Source: Chrysomallon squamiferum (Eukaryota > Animalia > Mollusca). From it: a DNA stretch of 64,000 bases. The stretch covers positions 17,732,001 through 17,796,000 of the forward strand of contig CM022670.1 of assembly GCA_012295275.1 (NCBI GenBank). Direction: 5' to 3'. Shown piece after piece: positions 1-14,495 of this stretch (the first letter of the stretch is position 1; every line of letters starts with the position of its first letter). The notes beneath the pieces were generated by a model that searched no databases, had not been told where the DNA came from, and was given only the letters and a program-made list of their open reading frames with translations. The translations under genes and the position numbers were made by a program.

Positions 1-40
1 GTGTGTGTGTGTGTGTGTGTGTATGAATATATGTATGTAT

Positions 41-104
<64 letters not shown>
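1..104. repeat. (GT)n microsatellite, interrupted
   Basis: Direct reading of the sequence. Confidence 0.97.
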
Positions 105-106
<2 letters not shown>

Positions 107-612
107 CACCCGAAAACAAAATCTCTCTTGCACGAATACATCAATATTGTCCGCACTTTTATACATAACTGCGATGATGCCCTCCACCCCTAAACTTGCC
201 TTGTGTCCGCACCTGAAGGTAAAATAATGTGGTGAATATTTCATATGCGGATAATACCCTGTTTTGTTTTGTGGCGTCCGTGAAAGCTTTATGTTTGAAA
301 AGAGTAAAGAATTTAAAAATATGAAGTTTTAATGACATAAATATTTTCTTTGCACAGAGTCACCTATGAAATGCTATTAAGTATGAGGAATTTAGCTTTA
401 TGGTAAGAATGTTAATAGGAGCTCAAAAACTTCAAGTTGTTGTGACTTCATTAAAAAGAGAATTTTTAAAATGGAAACTACGACTACAAAGGTGTGAAAA
501 TTTCGTTGGTAAAATTAATGTTAGAACGAAATTTATTTATTTATTTGTTTACTGATTGTGATAATGTGAAATCTGAAGAAAGAATTTGGAATTTGAACTG
601 CCCATCTCTTTC

Positions 613-771
<159 letters not shown>

Positions 772-1445
772 AAATTATTTGATATGTACAATTCAATAAA
801 ACAGTTATGATACAATACCATCATAATAATATAATTTTTTGTCAATAGTTGTGTACCCATGGCTTATATATTATGTTAAATAACTAAGTACAGATTAAAC
901 TTTTATATATCTATTCACTTTTTAGATAAATAATTTTTATAGAATTTACCGACACTTTAATTTTAATTTATGTTTTACATTTGTATCACCTTATTCAGTT
1001 TGTCTTATATTACGTCATGAGTGAAATGTATATTTTTCTTTTCTTTCAGTTTAAAATAATAACACAAATAATATAATGGTTTAGTATATTTAAATGCAAC
1101 ATAACATTTGACTTAATACAACGTAAAATGATATGAATATTCAAGGGAGTAAGAATATCGTTTTATAATTTAGTTTTTTCAAATGTTTTTTCTTGAATAT
1201 ATATATCTATATATATATAGATATGTATATGTTTTGTTTTTAACGAAAAAAAATTACTTTCAGAAGCAGCAAATATATTTAAACATAATTTTGTACAAAA
1301 CCCTGTATATCTTATTGCTTTATTTTATTACATTTGTTTTTATTTATTTTTTATTCATTTATTTAGCTGAGATTTAGTTCTTATAAATATTATTGATATT
1401 CAACAGATGATGGGTTTTATAATTTATAATTTGATTAGTTTGACA

Positions 1446-1484
<39 letters not shown>

Positions 1485-1495
1485 CATTGTTGTTG

Positions 1496-1548
<53 letters not shown>

Positions 1549-3342
1549 TTCTGTTGATCAATAACACTTTAATAAACTGATTATCTTTGTGTACAAACAG
1601 GAAAAATAACACTGTTCATTTTCGTCCTTCATCTTGATGAGGTCAGAACAAGAGTGATTTTAGTTTCATTATTAAAAATAACAGACTGTCAAAAGGAAAT
1701 CTCCGCTATTCACAATTCATCAAACATGTTTCTTTTCCCAGCATGATCCGTTATTCACTGGCGAGCATTTTGGAAAAACAACCAGTCATTGGTCACTTCG
1801 TAAAACCGTGACAATGGGGCACTTTTCAGGCTCACAGGTTAATCGTGTTTTGAAAAGTAACCCCTGAAATTGTCTCATTTACTCGCTCAATGCGTGCAAT
1901 TTCCCGCTCAACAAAAGCGTCCGTTCGATTTTTACGAGCAAACGTAAAAGTAATATTGTATACAAGATGTTTTCGTGGCAGGACGCTATTCAGTCGCTTT
2001 GACGAAGCGCAGAGGGGCGATGTGATTGCTTTAAAAACTGGAACGTTCTGGTAAAACGAAATCGTCTCGATATAACTCGTTTTTCGTAAATCAATTTTCT
2101 TTTATGAAAACAGCGAGACGGTGGCGTGCGTATTTCTTAACAGCGGCTTGGCACAATCGGCGCTCCGTATTTTTTTTTTTGCGTGAACGGAATTCGAATC
2201 GAGAACGGAACTTTATTATAGTCGGCGCGTTCTTCAACGACAACAATGAACGTCATTACGCTGCAACGAACACTGCAGCGGAGACTTCTCAGAATGGAAG
2301 AAAGAAAAAAAAAAAAGGAAAATCAAATATCGGCATTTTTGCACTTTTAGACACAGTGATTTCAGATCAGCTGCTTATTGGCTTGTTACTGATGAATAAA
2401 AGGAGGAAAACAAACACTAAAAAAAAAAAAAAAAAGACAAAAAAAAAAAAAAAAAATAGAAGAAAAATGAAAATGAAAAGTTATTTTATGTGTGTGTGTG
2501 TTGTGTGTGTGTATATATATATGTATATTATATCTCAGTAATAGAAAGAAATCCTTTTTTAATCCATATTTCTTTCAAATGTTAAATAATTCATCCCCAT
2601 AGCCGTCCACTCATTCATACATTTATTCATGCATGCAGCCGTCCAAAACAACCATCTACTAACTAAATTTATATTCAGTTTTATTAAAACGTTCAACACA
2701 AAAGTATGTCGCTCACTTTTTGTCGACCACAATCATCTACATTTTTAAACGTACTGATTAAACTTGCATCCTCGCTGAAATACGTCATTTCAAAGCTCAT
2801 GGAAAAAGAGAGAGAAAATTACCGCTATCACTTCGGAAATAAATCAATCTGATTATTTTTTTTTTTTCCCCAGCATCCAATTGAGGCAATCATCCCTTAA
2901 AATGGTAAAAATAAAGATTTTCATCGGCTGATTTCACTTGAACACAAAATAAGTGTAAAATTCTCGCCAGTTATCTTGGAGATCAGAGCACACGGCCAAT
3001 CGCCAATTCTTGCCGAGTTTATGATTAACTCGCATGCAGGGACCAAATCTTCCATCTTAACCCGGAACCTGACGCTGATAACCGAAAATTATCGTCTTCC
3101 TTCAGGAAGCTAGTTTCCACGAAGATGCGCGGAACGCCCCGACAATTATCCGTAATTCATCGGAGGTTCATCTTCCGATCAAATTGCTCAGGAAGACTTT
3201 ATATGGAAATGATCGTTATTTTCTCGAAAACTACTTTCTACTCGACAAATCCTCACATCGAGGGAGACAGGCGGATTACGAACTTCAAATTGAGATTTTT
3301 TTTTTAAAAGAGGATTTTAATGGTTTTAATGCATATACATAC

Positions 3343-3375
<33 letters not shown>

Positions 3376-4499
3376 TCGCTTGAAGAATAAATTAAATGCT
3401 GCAAATTTTTCTAAATTTATTATTTATTATGAAATCGGCATAATGAAAATCAGGAAAAACATAAATAATTACTATCATTATTAAAAAAAAAATTTAAATA
3501 TATTTTTTTTATGCATATGCAAAAATATATAAAACGGAATAAAAAAAAAAACGAAAATAAAAGTAATAATAATAATAATAAATATATATTAATAAAAAAA
3601 AAAGAAAGAAAAAAAAACGACTAGAAAATCCAGAATGAAAAGCTACTTCAAAGTACTGGAATAATAAACAAGCGTATTCACACGTCTCGCTCTCGTGTAG
3701 ATTAATCAGAAAAAGCCAAACTCGAGTGGCGCGTAACTCGTCTTATTTAACCAAAGCGCTCATCGAAAAGGCGGCATCGGCAAACTGAAATTCGCCTCAC
3801 AAGTTATTTTATTCAGTGTTTATCCGAGCCCAATTGATGAAAAATTCTTCTTCATATTCCCGGCTAACAATTGCCCTAACCATCTTTTACGACACCCAGG
3901 TCCAACACGCCTTAATTTTCTTCCCTCGGTTAATTATATTAGGGGCCCCTCGTGTCAACACGGAACGGTTTACAATACGTTGAAGATGGCAGGATGATTA
4001 AACGCAAAATATGTATGTACAGACATCTTTCTTCAATTCATTGGACGCCGCGCAAACACTAAAGCAAACAGAGGCTGGAAATAAAGATGAAGAAGAAGAA
4101 AAAATAAAACATAAAGGAAAAAGAAAATTTTAAAGTTAGTTTGCCAAACTTTGTCAAAAGCCCCTGTAGTAGTTGTCTCGGGAATAAAAGACGCCGTGGT
4201 CATTGTTGTAGAGTTTTTGTTGTAAGTGGTTGGGATACAAATTTTAAACTTGTTCAGGGTTGTTATCTTGTTATTGCTAGGTGACCTCAATACAGAGGTG
4301 ATTATTTGGAGAAGTGTTTTAAATTTACAAAGTAGGAATTAACAAGTAAATATTGAAAGAAAAAAAAAAGTGTTTGGAAAAGAGAAAAAGATGCCTGGTT
4401 TGGTTATAATGGATTAATAAATACAAGTGAATTGATAAACAGGAGGAAAAAATAATAATAAAAGGATTACGTTAATAACGTTTTTTTTTACTCAGCTGA

Positions 4500-4533
<34 letters not shown>

Positions 4534-4591
4534 TACGAAAAATTATTTATGACGACAGTTATTGCAACACTTAAATATTAATTAAAAACAA

Positions 4592-4650
<59 letters not shown>

Positions 4651-4841
4651 ATTTAAAAAATTAGAAATTAAATATTTCATTACTAAAAATTTCAGTAATA
4701 ATGTTCCAGTTTCTATCAACAATGAACTGTGTACATGTGTCTTTATTCTTTAATTTATATTTAAAAATATCATTTTATCTATGCAGTTATTTTTTGAAAA
4801 TAATACCCTAACAACAGCAACAACAACCACAATAATATTAT

Positions 4842-4844
<3 letters not shown>

Positions 4845-4896
<52 letters not shown>

Positions 4897-4909
4897 TAAT
4901 AATAAAAAT

Positions 4910-4941
<32 letters not shown>

Positions 4942-4988
4942 TAATAATAATAAAAATAGCAATAATAATAATAATAATAATAATAATA
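4845..4988. repeat. (AAT)n microsatellite, interrupted
   Basis: Direct reading. Confidence 0.95.
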
Positions 4989-5374
4989 CATGTACAAAAT
5001 ATATATATATATATATATATGAATGACATCTAAAATAATGAGTGTAAAAGTTTCTTAAACATACACATAATAAGTAAATAAAAACAAATAATAAAATATA
5101 AAGGAGAAAAACAAAAAGAGCAGTAAAAAAGAAAAACCACACAATTAAATCATTACAAAATAAATAATAAAAACTTCATTCAAATCCAAATAAGACAATA
5201 CCGAAAACGCGTCATGGAAATAATAATAATAAAAAAAACAAAAAAACTGTACAGATAAGAACCATTACGTGCAAATAAACAAACAGAAGGGTGAAGTTGT
5301 AAAAGCGCCAGTCAGCTGTAAACAACTTAGTGCCACAGTTAGAATAATTCCGTAGAGAGAGAGATGTCTGAATT

Positions 5375-5392
5375 CACCTGTAATTACAGGTG
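5375..5392. promoter_or_regulatory. Perfect 18-bp palindrome CACCTG-TAATTA-CAGGTG (inverted E2-boxes around a homeodomain site)
   Basis: The palindrome is seen directly and overlaps GTGGGAA (CSL/Su(H) consensus) at 5390-5396. Function is inferred. Confidence 0.45.
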
Positions 5393-5956
5393 GGAACAAA
5401 GTGAAGCAACGACAGGTAATTTGCTCTTGAAAAGCGAAGATACAGACCAAAGCAATCAGTGACGCTGTATGGGTGTGACATGTACACTGCTGCCCTGGGG
5501 TTGTCTTGGTGACGGCTAACTAGGGGGGACAAGAGGAAGCGATGATCTGCTATCTCGTCTAGGTGTCAATGAAGCGACTGTCAGCGGACATTGTTCTTAA
5601 AGGCGTTCAGCAGTCGTTTATTGGAGGGGTGGGAATTGAGGGCGTAATTCGAGCGATTTGCTCATAGGAGACTCTACGTTCGACACCTAATCCCCCAAAG
5701 CTAACTACGAGGAGCATTGTCCTGTTACAGCGTGATTTGTTATTTTTTTTAAAATTTACTAACAAGATGAAGAAATACTGCTTTATTATTACAATTGCGA
5801 GTCGAAAAATTTAACTTAGCTCTTGTATTAAAACAGACATAATAGAGTGTTTAAATTATTCAGCATAACGGAACAATATTTTAAAGTGATGTAATAAAAT
5901 ATATGTTCAGAAAAGAACAATATATCTGTATATACCACAGATACACACACACACAT

Positions 5957-5991
<35 letters not shown>

Positions 5992-6194
5992 GAAGTATAA
6001 ATGTATGTTAAATAATCAATGAAAGATTATTATAAGTATACAAATATTTTATTTAAACGTGAATAAATAATGAAATGATATTTAGAAAGAAACATAGAGC
6101 AAAAGAAAGAGAAAGAAAGGTACACAGAGAAAGCGAGAGATAGAGTGAGAGTGTGGGTGATAGAAAGAAAGAAAGAGAGTGTGTGAGAGTGAAG

Positions 6195-6196
<2 letters not shown>

Positions 6197-6253
<57 letters not shown>
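6197..6253. repeat. (AG)n microsatellite
   Basis: Direct reading. Confidence 0.97.
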
Positions 6254-6257
<4 letters not shown>

Positions 6258-6376
6258 AGACGGAGGAGAAGCATTCTTGCAAAAATAATATACTAAGGCA
6301 TATATCACGGCGCAGTGGTTGGAACGGAATTTCAAGTTAGAGAGACATAATGCATCATAATAATGACATTTTGCAA

Positions 6377-6431
6377 GTAACACGGACACGTTGCTATGTA
6401 ACACAGACAGGTTACTATGTAACAGAGACAC
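6377..6431. repeat. 21-bp tandem repeat, ~2.6 copies
   Basis: gtaaca recurs at 6377, 6398 and 6419; unit is about GTAACACRGACASGTTRCTAT. Confidence 0.85.
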
Positions 6432-6845
6432 ATAGATTATAGTAGGTACAGTTTCGTGAGGACAATGTTTTCTAGATGAATGATAGCTTAACCCTGTGGG
6501 CACCGTTTGCGGTTCTTTGAGGGAAGCATTCTGTCCTAACAGGTATTATTTTAAACGGTGACAAAATGATATATTTGTATTCGAGTGTGTCAGGTAAACA
6601 GACTTACTACAGGGATTAAACAAACATCTGACTATTCTGAGATATTTACCTCGTATGTTATGTTTTTTTTAATTCTAGGCCAGGTGCAACAGTATTGTAT
6701 ACATATATATACATAGACATATGTATAAGATATATAGTATACATAAAATACGTACAAAATACATACAATAAATGTAAAAATATGCTTACGTATAACCGAA
6801 ATACAGTATTTTAAATTTATTTAATAATAAAAAATATTGATGATA

Positions 6846-7072
6846 GCAGCAGCAGTAGTAGTAGTGCTTTTATCATAATCATTACCATCATCAATATTTT
6901 TATTATTAAATACATTTTAAATACTGTAGTATTAATAATAATAAAATAATAATAATAATAATAATTATTATTATCATTATTAATGTAGTAGTAATAGTAG
7001 CAGTTGTAGCAGCAGTAGTAGTAGTAGTAGTGTTTTATCATAATCATTATCATCATCAATATTTTTATATTA
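6846..7072. repeat. Local direct duplication of a ~60-bp segment
   Basis: gtagtagtg(c)ttttatcataatcatta(c/t)catcatcaatattttta occurs at ~6858-6902 and ~7024-7067. Confidence 0.85.
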
Positions 7073-7359
7073 TTGTTGTTGTTGTTATTATTATTATTAT
7101 TGTTGTTATTTATATTATAATGATACAAAGGACAACAACAACAACAATAACAATAATGATAATTAGCTCAGACATGTATATTAAGGAAAATAATACATGT
7201 AGTTAAACAAAATAATAGCATCTGAAATAATTAAGTTGAATATATATTTTTTTTCTGCTCACCATTATAATTATTTTACGCTGAAGTTATTTAATTAAAT
7301 AAAGAAAACAAAATTATTATCGTCATTGTCGTTGTTATTGTTGTTAATAATATTATTAC

Positions 7360-7404
<45 letters not shown>

Positions 7405-7952
7405 AACAACTATTATTATTATTAAAAAAGTATAGCGTGCTAAATTACTATTAATAGTTATAACAAATAAATTTGCTATATATTTCTTTTTATAAAAATG
7501 TAAAAAAAAAAGAAAAAATCTCGCCAAAGAATATTCTTGCTGTTAAAAAGAAAACTAAAAATAATGAAATCAACTCACACATGACACATCACAGTAATTA
7601 AGTATTTGTTTATTTTTCTTATCTGGATATTATAAATACAAATCATTTTTTTTTTTTCATTTTCATCCCGGTTTACTGATTGAGCGACGCGTTATCCTGT
7701 TAAAACTTTACGCAGTGTCACTAAATCGGGTAATTTTCCGGCTCTCTCTCCCGTAAAATGGAAACCTAGTGCATCTGACAAGCCGTGAAACTCAAACCAC
7801 GGCGGCCCTGTCAGCTCAACAATGGACTACAAACTCGAGAAAATGCCGCTTTTCAAAGGAGCCTTGGACGTATCTATCAAACAACGTAAAGAACAGTTCC
7901 CCACCCAGGGAGAAGCGAAATCCATGCTCTAAAGACCGTCACAAAAGAGAGC

Positions 7953-7985
<33 letters not shown>

Positions 7986-8274
7986 TAAAAAAAATATGAA
8001 GAAGAAAAAGAAAACGAAGAAAAAAAAAAAAAAAAAAAAAAAAAAAGTGCGCTACCGCTTTTCTGCAGTTAAAGCGTGGTTAGTTTTAATTAAATTTCTT
8101 AAATGGTTTATTTTGTAAATTTCTCCCGAGATAGTTTGTAAACACACAGTAAAAAAAAAATTGTATATTAATAATTCAATGTATTTATATATATATATTT
8201 ATATATATATATATATGTATGTATGTATGTATGTATATATATTACTAGTATTTCTTTATACAATAATAATAATG

Positions 8275-8311
<37 letters not shown>

Positions 8312-8721
8312 TAATAATAATAGTAGTAGTAGTAGTAGTAGTAGCAAAATCAGTAAAAATATTAGTGATAGTAATTGTAGTAGTAGTAATAATAATGGCA
8401 TTAAAATAATTATTTTTATCATAAATATCTGTATGAATACAATAATAAAAAAATAAAAACATAATAAATTATATTCATATTTGTGGTAACATTAATAATT
8501 TTTATTATTCGCTAATAGTTTATTTACGAGTAATGTTCTTTTTATTCTTATGCACATATCTTTATTATTTTATAGACTAATGAAACTTAAGTGTCGATAA
8601 GTTTTATATTTCTTATATTTAATGAATAAAATAAAAGAAACAAAATTTATTATTACCGATTTGAAATTATTGGTTAAGATATTAATTTTTACTGTTCTTG
8701 CAGTTGTTGTTTTAATCGAAA

Positions 8722-8770
<49 letters not shown>

Positions 8771-8869
8771 GTTATTATCATCATCATCATCAGTATTATT
8801 ATTAATTCTGTTGTTAATATTATTACTTTTTGTTTAACTACTTCTACTGTAATTATTATTATAATTTTA

Positions 8870-8916
<47 letters not shown>

Positions 8917-9917
8917 GTCATAATCATTATAGCAATAATAATAATAATAACTATATCAATAACAACAACAAAAACAACAACAACAATAATATTAATAATA
9001 ATAATAACAAAACAAAAAAAAACCGATTTAATTCAATTAAACTTCTGTAATAAATACTGCGCTGAGGAAATGAAATTTTCGTTTACGCACGTGGAAAAAC
9101 AGCAAACAGTGTTTAAGTGAAATGAAAACAGCAAACTGACCAGGAAGTCTCAGTAATCTGTTGTTTTTTTCCCGTTATCTGTCTCAACAAATTAAATACC
9201 CGCATGTGAATTTAAACATCAGCATTAATAATTTACACGCTATCTCTGCTTACAAACAAACCAGGAATTTATTTTATTGTAATATATTGAGAGAAATTTT
9301 AAGGTTCGTAAATTATTTCATTTCTAACCGTAATAAATTAAAATAATTTTATTATTTTGAGTTGTGTTAATGCACGACCATTTAGGAAATATTTATCTTG
9401 AATTAAAAAAAAAAATTATCCTTCAAAACCCAGACATTTTATTTTATTTTTGTAACACGTTGTTTTAGTGCGATTTTACGATTTGTAAATTTTATAACAT
9501 TATCAGTTATTCGTGTTTTAAAATATTGTAAAAAGATGGTTAAGTTTTTTTTCATTAATAGACTAATGAAATTTTCACGGATTTTTATTTCAAAACTTTG
9601 ACATGTCGCAAATACAAAATATATTAAATTTACAAAACTGACAATATCCGATTTAATATAACGCAAAGAAAAAGAAGCAATAAAAATATTTTTGATATTT
9701 TTATTTTTAATTTTTTTTGGCATTTTATAAGTTTAATAATAATAATATTCGGAAGATGAAGAAATATTAAAATAATATTTGTCAGACAACTAATATTGTT
9801 TTATATAACGTTGTCTGTTGGTCTGATTATATCTTTTTCTATTTGGCGTATAGAAAATACTTTTTACTTAACGCGTTCTCTATAATAATTTATTCAGAAA
9901 CACAAGTATATAAGGAA

Positions 9918-9932
9918 AAAATGCTTCCACCT

Positions 9933-9991
<59 letters not shown>

Positions 9992-10032
9992 TATTATTAT
10001 TATTATTATTATTATTAAGGTGGAAACATTTT
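9918..10032. repeat. Palindromic AT-rich foldback: unique arm-(AAT)19|(ATT)~9-inverted unique arm
   Basis: Left arm aaaatgcttccacctt (9918-9933) is the reverse complement of right arm aaggtggaaacatttt (10017-10032) at 15/16. The symmetry centre is at 9990/9991. Confidence 0.9.
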
Positions 10033-10096
10033 ATAAAATATCTTTTTTCAATATAAAATTATTTTACCTTATAGATAGATACTATTTGCTGTCTTA

Positions 10097-10147
<51 letters not shown>

Positions 10148-10243
10148 ATTATCATTATTATAGTCATCATCATCATTATCATTATTGCTGTCGTCGTTAT
10201 TGTTGTTACTAGTATTGTTTTTGTTCTTCTTCTTCTTTAAAAA

Positions 10244-10295
<52 letters not shown>

Positions 10296-10639
10296 TAGTC
10301 ATCTTTATCATTACATAATCAAGACCATAATAACATCTTCATTTCTGACACAGATGAGAATATATTTAATGGATATTTTAAATAAAGTCTATGGTATGTA
10401 TGAAGAATAATTATATCCCCCGCCTCAGTGTATTGTATTTTTCTTTCCTGTGAATACTGAAACACAGAGAGGGATTACAGAAATACGTGGGTTAAAAGGG
10501 CTGTGATACGTTACAGAGTGTCGACAGATACACGCAGTATGTAACACAGAAAATATCTCAGATATGTAACTTGTGAGTAGTTTAGTATGGCGTGTGATTT
10601 TAAGTTCGTATATAACTATGTGTTTGTCTGATTGTGTAT

Positions 10640-10893
10640 GTCTTTGTGTATATGAATGTACATGCATGCATGTATATATATATGTATGTATGTGTGTATA
10701 TGTATGTATGTATATATATGTATGTGTATATGTATGTATGTATGTATATATATGTATGTGTGTGTATATATATAAATGTGTCTGTGATATATATATATAT
10801 AAATGTGTATATGTATTATATTTATACATATTTATGCATGTATACATGTATGTATTTTATTATTATAAAATTTATGTATGTATATATATTTGT

Positions 10894-10934
<41 letters not shown>

Positions 10935-10980
10935 ATATATATATATATATAAATATATATGTATGTATGTATATTTGTGT
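10640..10980. repeat. Compound (AT)n/(ATGT)n/(GT)n low-complexity tract
   Basis: Direct reading. Confidence 0.92.
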
Positions 10981-11259
10981 GAATGTAGAATTTTGTATTA
11001 GTATATTTGTCTATGAAAAGTGCATCACTTAAATAAATTTAATGGATGAACGAATAGATAGATAAATAAATAAATAAATAAATAAATAAACAAATATAAA
11101 TCTACAGTTTAATATTAATTTGTTTTTACGTTTTGATTAGAGACACTTTTTAACTAGGTGACTAATCTAAATGACAATACACGGGTACAGTGAAGAAATT
11201 ATTATTATTATTATTTTTTTTTTAAATAAAAAAATAGAGAAGAAATTTTAATTATACGA

Positions 11260-12420
11260 GTGACTTGTTTTAAAGTCGTGTTACTTTCATAGCCAGGGAG
11301 GAATTTTTTTTGATGACTGCTAATTCAAGACACAGGAACCGCCTCCCACCCCTAGCAAAGTATCGTGTCTCATATACCCCGGGGGTGGGGATTAGACTTT
11401 GTGACCCCTGGGTATGTGTCACGTGGCATTCAGGTAACCATACGCACCTGTGGGTATAATGCTTTAAGGAGTGTGACACTTGTCACGACAAATATTACTT
11501 AGATAAAAATAAATAAAACGGGTATAGTAAAAAATATCGTGCCCATACACCATAGCTATTGCAGTGCTTACATAATAAGACTTATTCAAACAAAAAAAAA
11601 GAGAAAAAAAAATGTAAAGAAAAACGTAAAAATAAATTTGTAGAAAGATCTGTCTTACCTGCCAGCCCTGCGACTCGAGCGCAATGAATGACATTTCGTT
11701 TGTAAGTTGACAATCCGTTAGAAAACAGTATCACAGTCTCACTTCTTTATATAAAGGTAAAAAACGAGACTTATTTGTTTGTTGTCAACAAAAAAAACAA
11801 CTTTTCAACAGAATAGTTTTCTTCCAAGTTGTAGATTTATGCTACGGGCGAAAAAAATCCCCTGTCCAATTGTTGCCGAAATGTTTGTCGCCGTTCGTCG
11901 AAGATTCACAAGCCCAGACTATATCTAACCTGGAGCGTCATACTTCTAAAACTGTCCCCTGGCACAAATGCAACCTGGTTATCATTTCTAATTCCAAGTG
12001 ATTTTCATTCAAATTTTTGTTTTTTCTTGTCCCGCCCGATCGGCTCCGATTGGCTGATCGGTTTCCGAACTCGTATGATGGGAGGCGCCTAAAGCAATGA
12101 CCGAACCCAAGTTAGCTTTCCGCATAATAAATTTAACACAGCGACGAATGCCTCGTGATAAAATAGCCCGGTCAGATAATTGACACACGGAAACTTTTGG
12201 ATTGGAATATTGGCAGATTCAGATCACAGAAGACCGCCACGCTGGGTGTGAGAGAGAAACTGCTAATTCTAACTTCTTTTTTTTTTTTCAACAAGCATTG
12301 CGTTTTCTTTTCTTTATCGTGTCTTCCAGTTTTCTTAACGGAGTTATCTTTCTTTGAAACTGTTTAGCGCGCCAGTAATCTCGTGTTCGTATTTTGATAG
12401 AGGATAAGACGTAGAACAAA
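11260..12420. promoter_or_regulatory. CpG-retaining non-coding island, putative enhancer or promoter
   Basis: Complex GC-richer sequence without a credible ORF. Contains two CCCNNGGG palindromes (11377, 11405), GTCACGTG and an inverted CCAAT (ATTGG). Confidence 0.4.
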
Positions 12421-13208
12421 GAAGAAAACAGAGAAAGAAGAATAAGAAGAAGAAAAAATAATTAGAAAAATATAATGAAGACGTATAAGAAGATGAACAA
12501 AGAAAGAAAGAAAGAAGAAATAATATAAAGCTACGAAGTAAAAAAAATTAATTAATAATCTTAGTTATCTCCCCGTGTTTCTTTAACACGACTATGAGTT
12601 AAACTGTAAACGAAACAAGACATTTTTGTTGTAGTCTCAAAATCCTTTTAACGCGTGGCTAGCAGACCACAAAAAAACATCCATACACCACCAGTTGTCG
12701 CTTCACCGGGGCCACTTATTTATTTCTCCTATAAGTTTATTTTTCTCAGACGTTTCCATTGAAGAGAGAGCGATGTAAATGAGACGATTACTGATAAATA
12801 AAGAGGAAAATTTTCTGGTTATAGTTCGCTTGGTGTCTCATTGAAAAGTTTGTTAGAGCGAAGCGTATCACACTGAATAAAAGATTTTAAAATATTATTT
12901 TTTTATGATTAAGACGATGTTTTCATATGGGATGGGTTTTGAAATATATTTTATGTTGTTTGTTTGTTTTTTTTTTCCTTTTTTTTTTCTCCTGTTGTGG
13001 ATAAAAATATTTAGGTTTGGAATAACGTATGAATTAATGGATTAGGGTAAAACGATAATAACTGTATATTGTGATGATGATAGCTGTGTTGTTAGTGATC
13101 ATCACAAACCATTATGATTGACAACAATAACTAATGATGATAAATGTTGTTGTTATGTAACTGATGGCGACATTGATGATAATAAATACGACAGTATGAA
13201 TAACAATA

Positions 13209-13269
<61 letters not shown>

Positions 13270-13407
13270 TATGATTATTATGATTCTTTTCTTCTTCTTC
13301 TTCTTCTTCTTATTATTATTATTTTGATTATGTTCTGAAACTATGTAATGATGTGTCTGTTTTGTTCTTTCTCTCTCTCTGTCTCTGGTTTTATCTCTGC
13401 CGGTCTG

Positions 13408-13527
<120 letters not shown>

Positions 13528-14290
13528 TTCCTTCGTCTTACTGAATATCAGTTCGTTCGGAGTTAATCTCTCATGAATGTAACCATCACGTGATCTAAAC
13601 GATCTGTTTTATGTCTGTCACGTTCATCCGGTCGTCTGACAGTCCATTACCTGTTCATTAATATTTAACTGACTCGGAATGAGAAGTGTCTATAATCACA
13701 TGTGTTTGTCCAAGAATATAATTTACACGTCAGTGTGTGTTGTAAATACTGTAAATAAAGAAAAACACTCGATGGGACATGAAATGATGAAAAATATTTA
13801 ATAATTATACGTCCATATCTTCATCCATCCAAAGGTAAAACTGTCAGTCAAATTATTTTTAGAGACCATCCAGTTGTCTGTCCATCTACCAGTTCATCCA
13901 TCCGTACATGCAACTGTCCAGTCATCCATCTAGCCATCCTCCATCAGTTCATCCATTTATTCATCCCTCTGACCATCCATCCATCCATTCTTCTGATCGT
14001 CCATCTCTTATCTTTATCCTTCTGTCCATCCATTATCTGTTATTCATCTATCTATATGTTGTGTGTATTACTGCATCCTTCTTTTTTCTATCTCGTCCGT
14101 ATGTCCGTACAAGTGTCTGTGCATACATCATCGATTCCTAAAGTCAAGTCTCAGGAAATTAATTTGTTACATAATAATGTTCTGTCATATTACTCAGAGT
14201 GTAATTAGAAGCAGATGTTAAAATTACACAAAATACGTGAATAGCTTTCACACAAGACTTGTGGAAAAGTGAAAGTTATGGAACGTCAAC

Positions 14291-14292
14291 AT

Positions 14293-14336
<44 letters not shown>

Positions 14337-14450
14337 TTATCTGTTTATTTTATTTTATTTTATTTTATTTCATTTATTTATTTATTTATTTATTTATTTA
14401 TTTTATTTTATTTTATTTCATTTATTTATTTTATTTATTTATTTATTCAT

Positions 14451-14486
<36 letters not shown>

Positions 14487-14495
14487 TTTATTTAA
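14291..14495. repeat. (TTTA)n/(TTTTA)n microsatellite
   Basis: Direct reading. Confidence 0.95.

Noticed and set aside
4033-4053. ORF ending ...ARRPMN, resembling the Sox HMG motif RRPMNAF
   Set aside because: It is followed immediately by TGA with no GT donor, and the upstream residues are unlike Sox. Coincidence.
6305-6330. tRNA/SINE A-box-like GGCGCAGTGGTT (similar word near 50819)
   Set aside because: No B box at a suitable distance, no cloverleaf, no SINE body or tail.
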